Origin: an uncultured bacterium
Lineage (GTDB): Bacteria; Planctomycetota; UBA1135; GCA-002686595
NCBI GenBank assembly: GCA_943787795.1
Contig: CALSNU010000001.1
Span: forward strand, 384,001 to 448,000
DNA: 64,000 nucleotides
Direction of reading: 5' to 3'
Of the stretch, positions 50,787 through 60,367 are shown piece after piece. The translations under genes and the position numbers were made by a program. The notes under the pieces were generated by a model, which was not told where the DNA came from, ran no database searches, and saw only the letters and a list, made by a program, of their open reading frames with translations. Within the stretch, counting starts at the first letter, position 1, and each line of letters begins with the position of its first letter.

Positions 50787-50843
50787 AACGAGGCCATGCC
50801 AAAAATCCGAGGTCCCTCCGTGGGGCTCGTCCCTGGAGTGCGG

Positions 50844-50878
50844 AGAGCCGCTGACCCCTCGAGGGGATCAGCGGCTCT
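50844..50878 (-). terminator. strong hairpin downstream of the sulfatase gene
   Basis: AGAGCCGCTGA-CCCC-TCGA-GGGG-A-TCAGCGGCTCT; no clear U-tract. Confidence 0.5.
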
Positions 50879-50932
50879 TGATGTCAGCTTGGCCGACCAG
50901 GGCAGGCGACGCTGTGTTCGGCCTCTCTCCGG

Positions 50933-53224
50933 TCAGTCCCGGAGGGTGATGACCACCCGATCGAGGTCCCCGGTGAAGGGGAAGGGGGTGCCGGCGTAGC
51001 CGGGGTCCACCTGGGTGCCGGTGTCGAGCCCCACGTCGAAGGTCTCCGCGAGGGAGTAGGTGGCGAGGTGCATCTTCGGCATCTCGGTGCGGTCGACCTC
51101 CTCGCCGTTGACGAGGATCCGCCCGGTGCCCGCGAAGGGGCCGGTGCGCTCGAAGTCGAAGGTCAGCACGGTCTTACCCTTCGGGAGCGGGCCCGAGGTG
51201 AGGTGGTAGTGCACGCCGTCGAGGAAGTTGTAGTCGTAGTGCAGCGCGCCGTCCCTGAGGTACATGGAGTACCCGCCGGTCATGCCGCCGCAGGCCACGA
51301 TGACGCCCTCCTCGGTGCCGTCGAGGTCGACGGTGGTGGTGATCTCGTGGGAGCGGTCCTTCACGGGCGCCGAGGCCTTCTCCGCGATGCGGAAGGCGCC
51401 GGGGGCGTAGTACACGAAGTCCTTCTGGTCCCCGAACAGCCGGTCCTGTTGCTTGCCGAGGCGCGCGATCATGTCGTCGTAGAGCGGGTAGACGTTGTTC
51501 GCCCAGGCCTCCTTGTCAAAGGCCTCCACGAGTTCGGCGAGCTTCTCGGGGTACTCGTCCGCGAGGTTGACGCTCTCGGAGAAGTCCTCGGCGACGTGGT
51601 AGAGCTCCCACTCGTCGTCCTCGAAGGGCAGCACGACGTTGGTCTCCCAGGGCATGCGGTTGCCGTGGATGGTGACCGCCTTCCAACCGTCCTCCCAGAT
51701 CGCGCGGTTGCCGAACATCTCGTAGTACTGGCGCTTCTTCGCGTTGGGCGCGTCGGCGTCATCGAACGAGTAGTTCATGGGGACGCCGGTCATGGGCTGC
51801 TGGGCGACCCCGTGGTACTCCTCCGGAACGTCCACGCCCGTCGCGGCGAGGATCGTCGGCGCGATGTCGCTGATGTGGTGGTACTGGGAGCGGATCTCCC
51901 CCTTGGCCTCGATGCCGTTGGGCCAGTGCACCACCAGGGCGTCCTGCTGGCCGCCACGGTGCTCGGACTGCTTGAAGTACTTGAACGGCGTGTTGCCCGC
52001 CATCGCCCAGCCGGCGTGATAGTGGGGATAGGTGTCGGTCTGGCCCCACCGCTCCAGCGCGCGCAGGTTGGCGTCAAACGGCGTCTGCATGCCGTTCAGC
52101 ACGTACGTCTCGTTGAACGTCCCGGCGAGGCCGCCCTCGCCGCTCGCGCCGTTGTCGGAGGTGACGAAGATGAGCGTGTCGTCCAGCTCACCGATCCGCT
52201 CCAGGGTCTCGACCACGCGGCCGATCTGCGCGTCGCAGTACTCGAGCTGGGCGGCGAAGACCTCCATCTGGCGGGCATAGAGCCGCTTCTCGTCCGCGTT
52301 GAGCGAGTCCCACGCGGGGATCACGTCGAGGCGGCCGCTGAGCTGGGTGTCCGCGGGGATGATGCCGAGGCGCTTCTGGTTCGCGACGATCTCCTCGCGC
52401 ACCTTGTCCCAGCCCTGGTCGAACTTGCCGCGGTACCGGTCGATGTAGTCGGCGGGGGCGTGGTGCGGAGAGTGCATGGAGCCCGACGCCCAGAGCATCA
52501 TGAACGGAAGCTCGGGCTGCAGGGACTTGTGCCCCGTGACCCACTCGATGGCGCGGTCCGCGAGGTCATGGTCCAGGTGCTCCGAGATCCGATGCGGTTC
52601 TGGATGGTGGTCGTTCCACATGACCGGAACGAACTGGTGCACGTCGGCGGCCATGAAGACGTAGGAGTGCTGGAAGCCCTCGTCGCTGGGCCACCGGTCG
52701 AAGGGGCCGACCTGCGAGACCTCGTAGAGGGGCGTGTGATCCCACTTGCCGATGGCGTAGTTCACATAGCCGGTCTCCTCGAGGTAGTTCGCCACCGACT
52801 TGGCGCTGGGAGGCACCATCGCGTTGTACCCCGGAAATCCCATGGCGGTCAGCGCGTGGCTCCCGAGGCCGATGGAGTGCGGGTTGCGGCCGGCCATCAG
52901 GGTGGCGCGCGAGGGGGAGCACAGGGCGGTGGTGTGGAAGTTGTTGTACTTCAGCCCGCCTGCGGCGAGCCGGTCGATGTTGGGCGTCTCGATCAGTCCC
53001 CCGAAGGCGCCGATGTGGGCGAACCCGGTGTCATCGAGCAGGAAGATGACCACGTTGGGGGCGCCTTCAGGCGGACGGGTGGGCTCTGGCCACCACTCGA
53101 CGGAGTTCTCATATGACCGATCGATGGTGCCGCCGAATTCGGGGGTGGAGGATGCGTCGCTGCCGATGAACTGGCAGCTGGCGAGGGCGGAGGCGAGGAG
53201 CAGGGCTCCGGGAAGGAGGCGCAT
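50933..53224 (-). CDS. arylsulfatase (formylglycine-dependent), lipoprotein
   Basis: Lipobox LASC, PNVVIFLLDD, CSPSRATLMAG, GKW, HSPH, SDNG. Confidence 0.95.
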   Translation of the reverse strand: MRLLPGALLLASALASCQFIGSDASSTPEFGGTIDRSYENSVEWWPEPTRPPEGAPNVVIFLLDDTGFAHIGAFGGLIETPNIDRLAAGGLKYNNFHTTALCSPSRATLMAGRNPHSIGLGSHALTAMGFPGYNAMVPPSAKSVANYLEETGYVNYAIGKWDHTPLYEVSQVGPFDRWPSDEGFQHSYVFMAADVHQFVPVMWNDHHPEPHRISEHLDHDLADRAIEWVTGHKSLQPELPFMMLWASGSMHSPHHAPADYIDRYRGKFDQGWDKVREEIVANQKRLGIIPADTQLSGRLDVIPAWDSLNADEKRLYARQMEVFAAQLEYCDAQIGRVVETLERIGELDDTLIFVTSDNGASGEGGLAGTFNETYVLNGMQTPFDANLRALERWGQTDTYPHYHAGWAMAGNTPFKYFKQSEHRGGQQDALVVHWPNGIEAKGEIRSQYHHISDIAPTILAATGVDVPEEYHGVAQQPMTGVPMNYSFDDADAPNAKKRQYYEMFGNRAIWEDGWKAVTIHGNRMPWETNVVLPFEDDEWELYHVAEDFSESVNLADEYPEKLAELVEAFDKEAWANNVYPLYDDMIARLGKQQDRLFGDQKDFVYYAPGAFRIAEKASAPVKDRSHEITTTVDLDGTEEGVIVACGGMTGGYSMYLRDGALHYDYNFLDGVHYHLTSGPLPKGKTVLTFDFERTGPFAGTGRILVNGEEVDRTEMPKMHLATYSLAETFDVGLDTGTQVDPGYAGTPFPFTGDLDRVVITLRD

Positions 53225-53406
53225 GGCGGGAGCTTGGGACGAGATAAGGGTTTGCGGGGTGATTTTAGGGGCAAACCCTAGCTAGGTGCCGGCGACCTGT
53301 CCAGACGTCTCGTGGACATGTGCGCCGGTCGGAGCCCTCTGGTTGGTCCAGGAAGGCCCCTCTCTTCGCCGCCAGGGTGCGTCCGTGTCAGGCGTACGCC
53401 GGGATC

Positions 53407-55335
53407 TCAGGTCAGGTGCTCGAGCTCGTCGCCCCAGTCGCCACCAAGGATCGGGTAGCGGCACCACGTCTTGGGGTCGAGGCTCTCGTCGTCCAGGTGG
53501 AACGAGGGTGCGATCCGCTCCCGCTTCCACTGGTTGCGTACCCAGAGGCCGAAGAACCGCCGGATCCAGCCGATGAGGGCTTCCCGCGGGTGACCAGGGA
53601 AACGCCTGGCCAGGGTGTCGAGGACGGCCTGGGGTGCGAGCCGGTCGCGGATGTAGAGCTCTTCGATCGAGTCGAGCACGTCGTAGGGCATCAGGTCGTC
53701 CTCGTCCCGCTGGGCTGCCGAAGGCGGACGGAGCTCTGCGGTGGGCCGCTGCTCGGTGATGGCACCGAGCTCCGGTCGGGGCGCCGCGCCCTCGGGGCCG
53801 TGGTGCTCCATCCACCGGAGCCACGCGAGCACAAAGCTCTTCTCGACCCCGGAGATGGGGGCGAGGCCGCCGCTCGAGTCGCCGTCCATGGTCGTGTACC
53901 CGACGGCAGCCTCGGACCGATTGCTCGTGGCCACGAGGATCGCGCGTGCCTCATTGGCGAGCGCCCAGATGGAGGGGCTGCGGATCCGAGCCTGGAGATT
54001 CTGGAGCGTGAGGTCGTCGCGCTTCCAGTCTAGGCCGCGGCCCAGCGCTGCCTCGATCGCCGACCGGTAGGCGTCGAGCATGGGCTGCACGTCGAGCACG
54101 AAGTAGCGCGCGCCGAGGGCGGCTGCCGTGCGCTCGGCGGCGTCGCGGGTCACCGGACCGCTGTTCTCGGTGGGCTGGTAGGCGCAGGTCAGGAGCTGCG
54201 CCATGAAGGGCTGCTCGCTGTCGAGCCCCAGCCGCTCGGCGAGCACCGTGGAGCCGAGCTCCGCGCGCCCCAACCGGACCATCTCGGCCACCAGCACGGC
54301 GCATGTCGCCGAGTCTGCGCCCCCGGAGAGCGAGATCACGTAGCCCGTGCTGCGGGTCTTGCGGGCATAGTCGAACAGCGCGAGGGCCACCATGCGGGTG
54401 AACTCCTCGAAGGTGAGCTCGGTCGCGGGGGCCGATTCCCATTCGGGCCGCTCCGGCCTCGCGGTGCTGCTGGGGGGCTCGCCCCAGTCGAACTCGATGG
54501 TGTCGGAGCGGGAGGTGCGGTCGGGCAGGGCGAGCGTCGTGGAGGCCACCTGCACCTCACGGAAGCTGAAGCGGGGCGTCAGCGCCCGAATCTCACCACC
54601 GGCTGCGATGTAGGAGCCGCCGTCGTAGAGCGCCCGCCCGGCCTCGTTGCCCAGGAGGTTCGCATAGAGGTACGCGACGCCAAGGCTCGCGGAGCTCTCC
54701 TCGATGAGGGTCTCACGGACGGCACGCTTTCCGAAGGCGAAGTGGCTGGCGCTGGGGTTGAGGAGCGCGTGGGCGCCCCGGGCCGCAAGGCGCCTGCCCG
54801 GCCGGTCCTCGACCCAGGCGTCCTCGCAGGTCTCGACCCCCAGGCGCAGGCCGCCCACGTCGAACAGGACCTCGCCGATGGGAACATCGGCGGCGCCGTC
54901 GCACGTGGGGAGCCCGCCGCTGTCGTGTCGGCCCTCGACCCCGGTCGGCCACGGGCGGAACCACCGGGGCTCGTAGTGGATGCCGTCGCCGGCGAGGTGC
55001 TGCTTCGCGGCGAAGCCCGCGAGGCAGCCGTCCACCAGCACGGCCGTGGCGTTGAAGAGCTCTCCCTCGTGCAGCAGGGGGAGCCCGGCGGTGACCACGA
55101 GGCCCCGGGAGTGGGGCAGGAGCGCGGCCAGGGAGGACCAGGCACGCTCCGCGATGTGGGCGGAGTGGAAGGCGTCCTCGCACCCGTACCCGGAGAGGCA
55201 GAGTTCGGGGAGGAGCAGCAGCCGGGCGCCCACCGATCGGGCCTCCTCCACCGCGGCGATGGAGCGACGGAGGTTCCCGCTCCAATCGAGCGGGGTCTGG
55301 TTCAGGGCGGCGACGGCGAAGTGAACACGTTCCAT
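53407..55335 (-). CDS. nadE: glutamine-dependent NAD+ synthetase
   Basis: CN-hydrolase domain (PELCLSGY, K, CED) plus SLSGGADS, QNLQARIR, NRSE, PTAEL. Confidence 0.96.
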   Translation of the reverse strand: MERVHFAVAALNQTPLDWSGNLRRSIAAVEEARSVGARLLLLPELCLSGYGCEDAFHSAHIAERAWSSLAALLPHSRGLVVTAGLPLLHEGELFNATAVLVDGCLAGFAAKQHLAGDGIHYEPRWFRPWPTGVEGRHDSGGLPTCDGAADVPIGEVLFDVGGLRLGVETCEDAWVEDRPGRRLAARGAHALLNPSASHFAFGKRAVRETLIEESSASLGVAYLYANLLGNEAGRALYDGGSYIAAGGEIRALTPRFSFREVQVASTTLALPDRTSRSDTIEFDWGEPPSSTARPERPEWESAPATELTFEEFTRMVALALFDYARKTRSTGYVISLSGGADSATCAVLVAEMVRLGRAELGSTVLAERLGLDSEQPFMAQLLTCAYQPTENSGPVTRDAAERTAAALGARYFVLDVQPMLDAYRSAIEAALGRGLDWKRDDLTLQNLQARIRSPSIWALANEARAILVATSNRSEAAVGYTTMDGDSSGGLAPISGVEKSFVLAWLRWMEHHGPEGAAPRPELGAITEQRPTAELRPPSAAQRDEDDLMPYDVLDSIEELYIRDRLAPQAVLDTLARRFPGHPREALIGWIRRFFGLWVRNQWKRERIAPSFHLDDESLDPKTWCRYPILGGDWGDELEHLT

Positions 55336-55392
55336 GGCGACTCCCCGCGAGGGGGACGTTAGTTTCGTCCGTCAGACCCGGTGCACCACCCG

Positions 55393-56518
55393 ATGGGGAC
55401 ATATTTCAAGCAGAAGGACCTCGAGACCCTCCGAGAGCTCCGCGCCACCCTGCTGGGGATGGAGCAGCGCCCCGCGGGGGAGCCAGCGCAGCCCTACTGG
55501 GCCTCGGCCCGCACCCTGGAGCTCTACGACCGCATCTTCGCCGCTCGGATCGGCTGGAAGTGGGAGGCGGTGCTCGACGAGGTGGAGCAGCGGGGGGGCC
55601 TCCCGGCGCCCCGGTCCGTCCTCGACTGGGGCACGGGCACGGGGGTCGCCTCCCGCACGACGCTGCGGCGCATCGCGCGGGCCCGGGCAGTGGATGCCCG
55701 GGCAGTGGATGCCGGGGCAGTGGATGCCATTGCAGCGGAGGGCACTGCAGCGGAGGGCACTGCAGCCGAGGGCCACTGCAGCCGAGGCCATTGCAGCAGA
55801 GGCAGGTGCAGCAGGGACCTCGTCGCTCCCTGAGCGGGTCGTCCTCCTCGACCGTGATGAGGCGGCCCGGGAGTTCGCCGCGGCCTCCCTGCGGGCGGAG
55901 TTCCCAGGTCTGAACGTGGAGACCACCGCCGAGCTGCCGGCAGAGGCCTTCGACCTGGTGCTCGCCAGCCATGTGCTCGATGAGCTGTCGGATGAGGACG
56001 TCCAGCCTCTGCTCGGGGCCGCGACCGCAGCGGATCAGGTCTTGTGGGTGGAGCCCGGCAGCATGGCCACCTCGCGCCGTCTCGGGGAGCAGCGCGCGGT
56101 GTTGCTCGAGTCCCACGATGTCATTGCACCCTGCGCCCACCGCGGGTCGTGCGGGGTCCTGGCGGCAGGGCACGAGCGCGATTGGTGCCACCTCTTCGCC
56201 CGCCCGCCCGCCGAGGTGCACACCACGGGTGAGTGGAGCGAGATCCACCGGGAGCTGCGCATCGACCTGCGGAGCCTGCCGTACTCCTTCCTCGCCCTGC
56301 GCCGTGCTTCGGTCCAGCACCCGGACGCCGCGCGCCTCCTCGGGCGCCCGCGCTTCCAGAAGGGCCGGGTGCTGCTCGACCTCTGCGACGCTGAGGGGGT
56401 CGAGACCCGCCCCATGCTCCAGCGCAGCGACAAGGTCCTGTTCAAGGCGCTGAAGGAGACCGCTGGCGAGGTCGTGCTCATGGAGCGCGACGGCGACCGG
56501 CTGACCCGCCGCCCTTGA
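55393..56518 (+). pseudogene. Rsm22/METTL17-like SAM methyltransferase-fold protein with one frameshift inside a repeat tract
   Basis: N-part VLDWGTGTG in the 55381 frame; C-part SHVLDEL, VEPG, APCAH..C..DWCHLF in the 55334 frame; frames switch at a 16-nt unit at 55771-55786. Confidence 0.85.
55681..55816. repeat. 15-bp degenerate coding tandem repeat x9, one unit of 16 bp
   Basis: GCCCGGGCAGTGGAT-like x3, drifting to GGCACTGCAGCGGAG-like units. Confidence 0.92.
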
Positions 56519-56529
56519 TCCTCCCACCC

Positions 56530-57993
56530 ATGACGCCAATGGCCATGCACGTACTCCTCGCCCTGACCCTTGGCCTCTCGCTCCAGCAGCCCGGCGCCCC
56601 CGTGCCCGCCCAGGCTCCCGTCCAGGTCCACTCCATGAGGCCTGCTCCGGCCGTGCACCTGGCCAACGGGATCAAGATCGGGGAGGTGACGGACCGGTCC
56701 GCCATCGTCTGGGTGCGCCTCACGGCAGCGCCGGAGCGCAACGTGGAGGGGCTCCCCTGGCCCGATGGCGCGGACGCCTTGCCGGAGGGGCGGGCCCTTG
56801 GGGACATGGTGGACTCGGCCCCTGGCGCCGCAGGCAAGGTGCGCCTCACGTGGTGGCCGGAGGGTGATGGGGAGGCCCGGCGGAGCACCGCCTGGGCGGC
56901 GGTGGACCCGGACCGAGACCACACCCATCAGTTCCTCGTCACCGAGGGCCTCGCGCCGGGCCAGCGCTACCGCTTGCTGGTGGAGGGGCAGGGCGCTGGG
57001 GGCGGAGCCTGCCGGCTCGAGGGGAGCCTGCGAACCGCGCCTGAGCCCGGCGCCGCCTCGCCGGGCCGCTTCACCGTGGTGACGGGCCAGTCCTACCTCC
57101 GCCGGGACGACCCGGAGCGCGGGCACCGCATCTACGCCCGGATGCTCGCCCTCGACCCGGACTTCTTCGTGCACACCGGGGATGTGGTCTACCACGACAA
57201 GCCTGGCCCCTTCGCGAAGTCGACGGCGCTGGCCCGCTACAAGTGGAACCGGATCTACGCCATGCCGCTGCAGCGCGCGTTCCACGCCCGCGTGCCGTCA
57301 TGGTTCATGACCGACGACCACGACGTTCTGAAGAACGACTGCTGGCCCGGTCAGCGCTACGGCGACCTCTCATGGGACGAGGGGCTCGCCATCTACCGCG
57401 AACAGACGCCCACCGGCCCGAGGCCCTATCGCCGGGTGCGGTGGGGGAAGGACCTGGAGGTGTGGTTCGTGGAGGGCCGTGAGTTCCGCAGCCCCAACCG
57501 CATGGACGACGGTCCGGAGAAGTCCATCTGGGGAGCGGAGCAGAAGGCCTGGTTCAAGGAGACCTTCGCCGCGTCGGACGCGACGTTCCGCGTCCTCGTC
57601 TCCTCCACGCCCATCGTCGGCCCGGACCGCTCGAGCAAGAAGGACAACCACGCCAACGCGGCCTTCCGCCACGAGGGGGATGAGCTGCGCGCCTTCCTCG
57701 CCTCGCAGCCGAACGCCTACGTGATCTGCGGTGACCGCCACTGGCAGTACGTGTCCGAGGACCCGGCCTCAGGCGTCCGCGAGTACTCCTGTGGCCCGAC
57801 CACGGACAAGCACGCCGGCGGCTTCAGCCAGAAGAGCCGCTCCGACGCCCACCGCTACCTCAAGGTCTGCGGCGGCTTCCTCGAGGTCAGCCTCGAGTAC
57901 GAGGACGGGGCGCCGAGCCTCGCCTTCCGCCACCGCGCGGTGGATGGCTCCCTCAATCACGAGGACCGGCGGTCCGTGACGGGGGGGCGCTGA
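56530..57993 (+). CDS. alkaline phosphatase D (PhoD) family protein
   Basis: GEVTDRSAIVW, HTGDVVY, DDHD, GDRH; start between 56515 and 56545. Confidence 0.92.
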   Translation: MTPMAMHVLLALTLGLSLQQPGAPVPAQAPVQVHSMRPAPAVHLANGIKIGEVTDRSAIVWVRLTAAPERNVEGLPWPDGADALPEGRALGDMVDSAPGAAGKVRLTWWPEGDGEARRSTAWAAVDPDRDHTHQFLVTEGLAPGQRYRLLVEGQGAGGGACRLEGSLRTAPEPGAASPGRFTVVTGQSYLRRDDPERGHRIYARMLALDPDFFVHTGDVVYHDKPGPFAKSTALARYKWNRIYAMPLQRAFHARVPSWFMTDDHDVLKNDCWPGQRYGDLSWDEGLAIYREQTPTGPRPYRRVRWGKDLEVWFVEGREFRSPNRMDDGPEKSIWGAEQKAWFKETFAASDATFRVLVSSTPIVGPDRSSKKDNHANAAFRHEGDELRAFLASQPNAYVICGDRHWQYVSEDPASGVREYSCGPTTDKHAGGFSQKSRSDAHRYLKVCGGFLEVSLEYEDGAPSLAFRHRAVDGSLNHEDRRSVTGGR

Positions 57994-58010
57994 GCCCGGG
58001 GCCGGACGGC

Positions 58011-58577
58011 TCAGCCTTCGCCCCCGACGCCGAGCTCCTCGGCGTGGGGCTTCATGGCGTCGATGATGAACTGGATGTGCTCGGTGAGGTCGGCGCCCAG
58101 GAACTCGACGCCCGCGGCCACCTCGTCGCGCTCGACGCCCGCCGCGAAGGACTTCTGCTTGAGCTTCTTCTTCACGCTCTTGGGCGTGAGGGTCGTGATG
58201 CCCTCCGGGCGCACCAGGCAGCAGGCGCCGACGAAGCCCGTGAGCTCGTCGCAGGCGACGAGCGCCTTGTCCAGGAGCGAGTCGTGGGGGACGCCCCACT
58301 TGGTGTAGTGGGCGCTGACCGCGTGGGCGACCTCGGGCTCGCCCTGCTCCTCGAGCCAGGCGACGATCTTCTTCGGGTGCTCCTCAGGCCAGCGGTCGTA
58401 GTCCGCGTCGTGCAGGAGCCCCGCGAGGCCAAAGCGCTCCTCATCGGCGTCGCCGGCGCCATACCGGTGGGCGGCGGCGCGCATCACCACCTCCACGGCC
58501 CGGGCGTGGGTCATGAGGGCCTCGGAGTCGGTCCACGAGCGGAGTCGCTCGTACGCAGCGTCACGGGTCAGGGTCAT
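58011..58577 (-). CDS. HD-domain phosphohydrolase
   Basis: THARAVE, GLLHDADY, ACDELTG, KSVKKKLK.KSFAAGV.R. Confidence 0.92.
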   Translation of the reverse strand: MTLTRDAAYERLRSWTDSEALMTHARAVEVVMRAAAHRYGAGDADEERFGLAGLLHDADYDRWPEEHPKKIVAWLEEQGEPEVAHAVSAHYTKWGVPHDSLLDKALVACDELTGFVGACCLVRPEGITTLTPKSVKKKLKQKSFAAGVERDEVAAGVEFLGADLTEHIQFIIDAMKPHAEELGVGGEG

Positions 58578-58608
58578 GGCCGCCAGCCTAACCACCGTGC
58601 GGGGTCAC

Positions 58609-58678
58609 CGTGGGTCCTCTCTCGTGGGCCCTCTCTCGCGGGTCCTCTTCCGGGTCCTCTTCCGGGTCCTCTCCCGGG
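58609..58678. repeat. 12-14-bp intergenic tandem repeat x5 (core GGGTCCTCT)
   Basis: Three 14-bp units, then two 12-bp units, just upstream of the HD gene -10 element. Confidence 0.88.
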
Positions 58679-58691
58679 CGGCCGTCGAGGT

Positions 58692-60293
58692 TCAGTCCCC
58701 AAGGGTGAGCTGGTGGGAGGCCAGCACCTCGGGCGCGTGGGAGCGCGAGTCATAGAGCCGCACGAAGTCGGCGGCCTCGCTGGCCTTCGAGGCGCGCAGG
58801 TCGTCCACCCAGTGGGGCGGCACCGCCTGGAAGAGCAGGCGGGCGCGGATGGTGAGGGGGCCCTGCGCGCCGCGGGTCTCGACGGCATAGGCCGTGCGAT
58901 CCGAGCCGCCGATGAAGTCGTCGTCGTCGCCGACCCCCACGGGAGCGGTCTCGGCCACGTGGGGTCCATCCGGGCGCCAGCCCCTGGGCAGGAGCCGGTT
59001 GTCCTTGCTCCGGACCGCCATGCGGGTGAGCTGGGAGGTGGGCGCGCCGGAGGCGTCGAGGGCGACCAACTCGTAGACCTGGGGCCCCGCTGCGTCCGGG
59101 GTGATCTGATTCCGGTGGGAGATCGCGAAGGCGTCCTCTTGGCCCTCGATGCGGCCGTCCTCCGAGACCGTCCCGCTGGACCAGATCACGCCGCCGCGGT
59201 CCTCGACGACCACCTCCACCCACACGCGGCGGCCCGGATAGCCGGTGGGCAGCTTGTGGCCCGTCAGGTTCTCCACCCGCACGCCAAAGGCGAGCAGGTC
59301 GCCGTCCCGGGACGCGTCCTCCAGGGTCAGGCGCGCGGTGCGCCGGGCGAGCTGGCGCCGGGTCTGCTCGGCGGTCTCCCGCAGGGCCTCGGGCGGCGCG
59401 AGGATGCCGAGCTCTGAGGCGTGGTCCGCCATGAGCTCGAGCATGAAGGCGTTGCCGCCCACGAAGCGATGCCCGCGCACCTCCGGACGCTCGTCGATGA
59501 ACCCGAAGTCGAAGCCGCCGGGGTTGTGGGCGATGCGCATCTCGTCCTGGTCCTCCATGTGGCACTGCTGGCAGCTCCGGGAGTCCTCGGTCACCTCGTC
59601 TTCGTAGGAGTAGACGCTGTTGCGCCACTCCAGGTACGGCGACTGCTCTGGGAAGCTCTCCTCGCCGTGGTGGCTCGTCTGCGTGTGGCACGTGGCGCAC
59701 ACCGACGACAGCACCATGTGTTCGCCGTAGGTGACCTCGTAGCCGGTGTGCACTCGCATGGGGCCCGCGGCGGGGTCGGGGTAGGGGCCCCAGATCCGCG
59801 CCTGCAGGTCGTGCGGCGGCAAACCGTCAAAGGTCGAGGGATCCCCGAGGCCCTCGCCCGTCATGCGGTGGCATACGGTGCAGGTGACCCCGTCCATGGC
59901 GGCGGGGTCCTCGAGGAGCTCCGCCATGGAGCGCGTGGGGTTCCCCATCAAGCGGTCGTGGTGGTGGGCGGCGGGGGCGTGGCAGCGCAGGCAGAGGGAC
60001 TCGACCTCCGCGCGCTCGAGGGATCCGTCCGCCTCGCCGAGCTCGACCTCCCGGGCCATCTTCGCGCGCCAGTAGGGATCGAAGAACGACTGGGCCATCA
60101 TCGTCCCCTTCCACAGCCCATGGGGCGATCCGTCCGCGCCGTCCGGCCGGGTCAACGCCGAGGCGTTCGGGCTCTGGTCGTGGCAGCGGGCGCAGCTCTC
60201 CGCGAGCTGGAAGACGTGCGTGCCCCCCTCGTCGTCGCCGTCCTGCAGGGACGGGAGGGCGAGGAGGGGAATGAGGAGCAGGCCCAGCTTCAT
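58692..60293 (-). CDS. exported pentaheme c-type cytochrome
   Basis: Signal peptide; CARCH, CLRCH, CTVCH, CATCH, CQQCH; GHKLPTG. Confidence 0.92.
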   Translation of the reverse strand: MKLGLLLIPLLALPSLQDGDDEGGTHVFQLAESCARCHDQSPNASALTRPDGADGSPHGLWKGTMMAQSFFDPYWRAKMAREVELGEADGSLERAEVESLCLRCHAPAAHHHDRLMGNPTRSMAELLEDPAAMDGVTCTVCHRMTGEGLGDPSTFDGLPPHDLQARIWGPYPDPAAGPMRVHTGYEVTYGEHMVLSSVCATCHTQTSHHGEESFPEQSPYLEWRNSVYSYEDEVTEDSRSCQQCHMEDQDEMRIAHNPGGFDFGFIDERPEVRGHRFVGGNAFMLELMADHASELGILAPPEALRETAEQTRRQLARRTARLTLEDASRDGDLLAFGVRVENLTGHKLPTGYPGRRVWVEVVVEDRGGVIWSSGTVSEDGRIEGQEDAFAISHRNQITPDAAGPQVYELVALDASGAPTSQLTRMAVRSKDNRLLPRGWRPDGPHVAETAPVGVGDDDDFIGGSDRTAYAVETRGAQGPLTIRARLLFQAVPPHWVDDLRASKASEAADFVRLYDSRSHAPEVLASHQLTLGD

Positions 60294-60367
60294 GACGGCG
60301 ATTGCACGGGATCAGGGGCCCGAGGTGAAGGGGGGAACCGCCCTCGGGAGCCGCCGGCCCCTCGGGA

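Noticed and set aside
49648..50802. 384-aa ORF with PadR at its C-terminus
   Set aside because: The N-terminal 260 aa are Arg/Pro-rich noise overlapping the 50100-50681 gene. The real start is ATG 50016.
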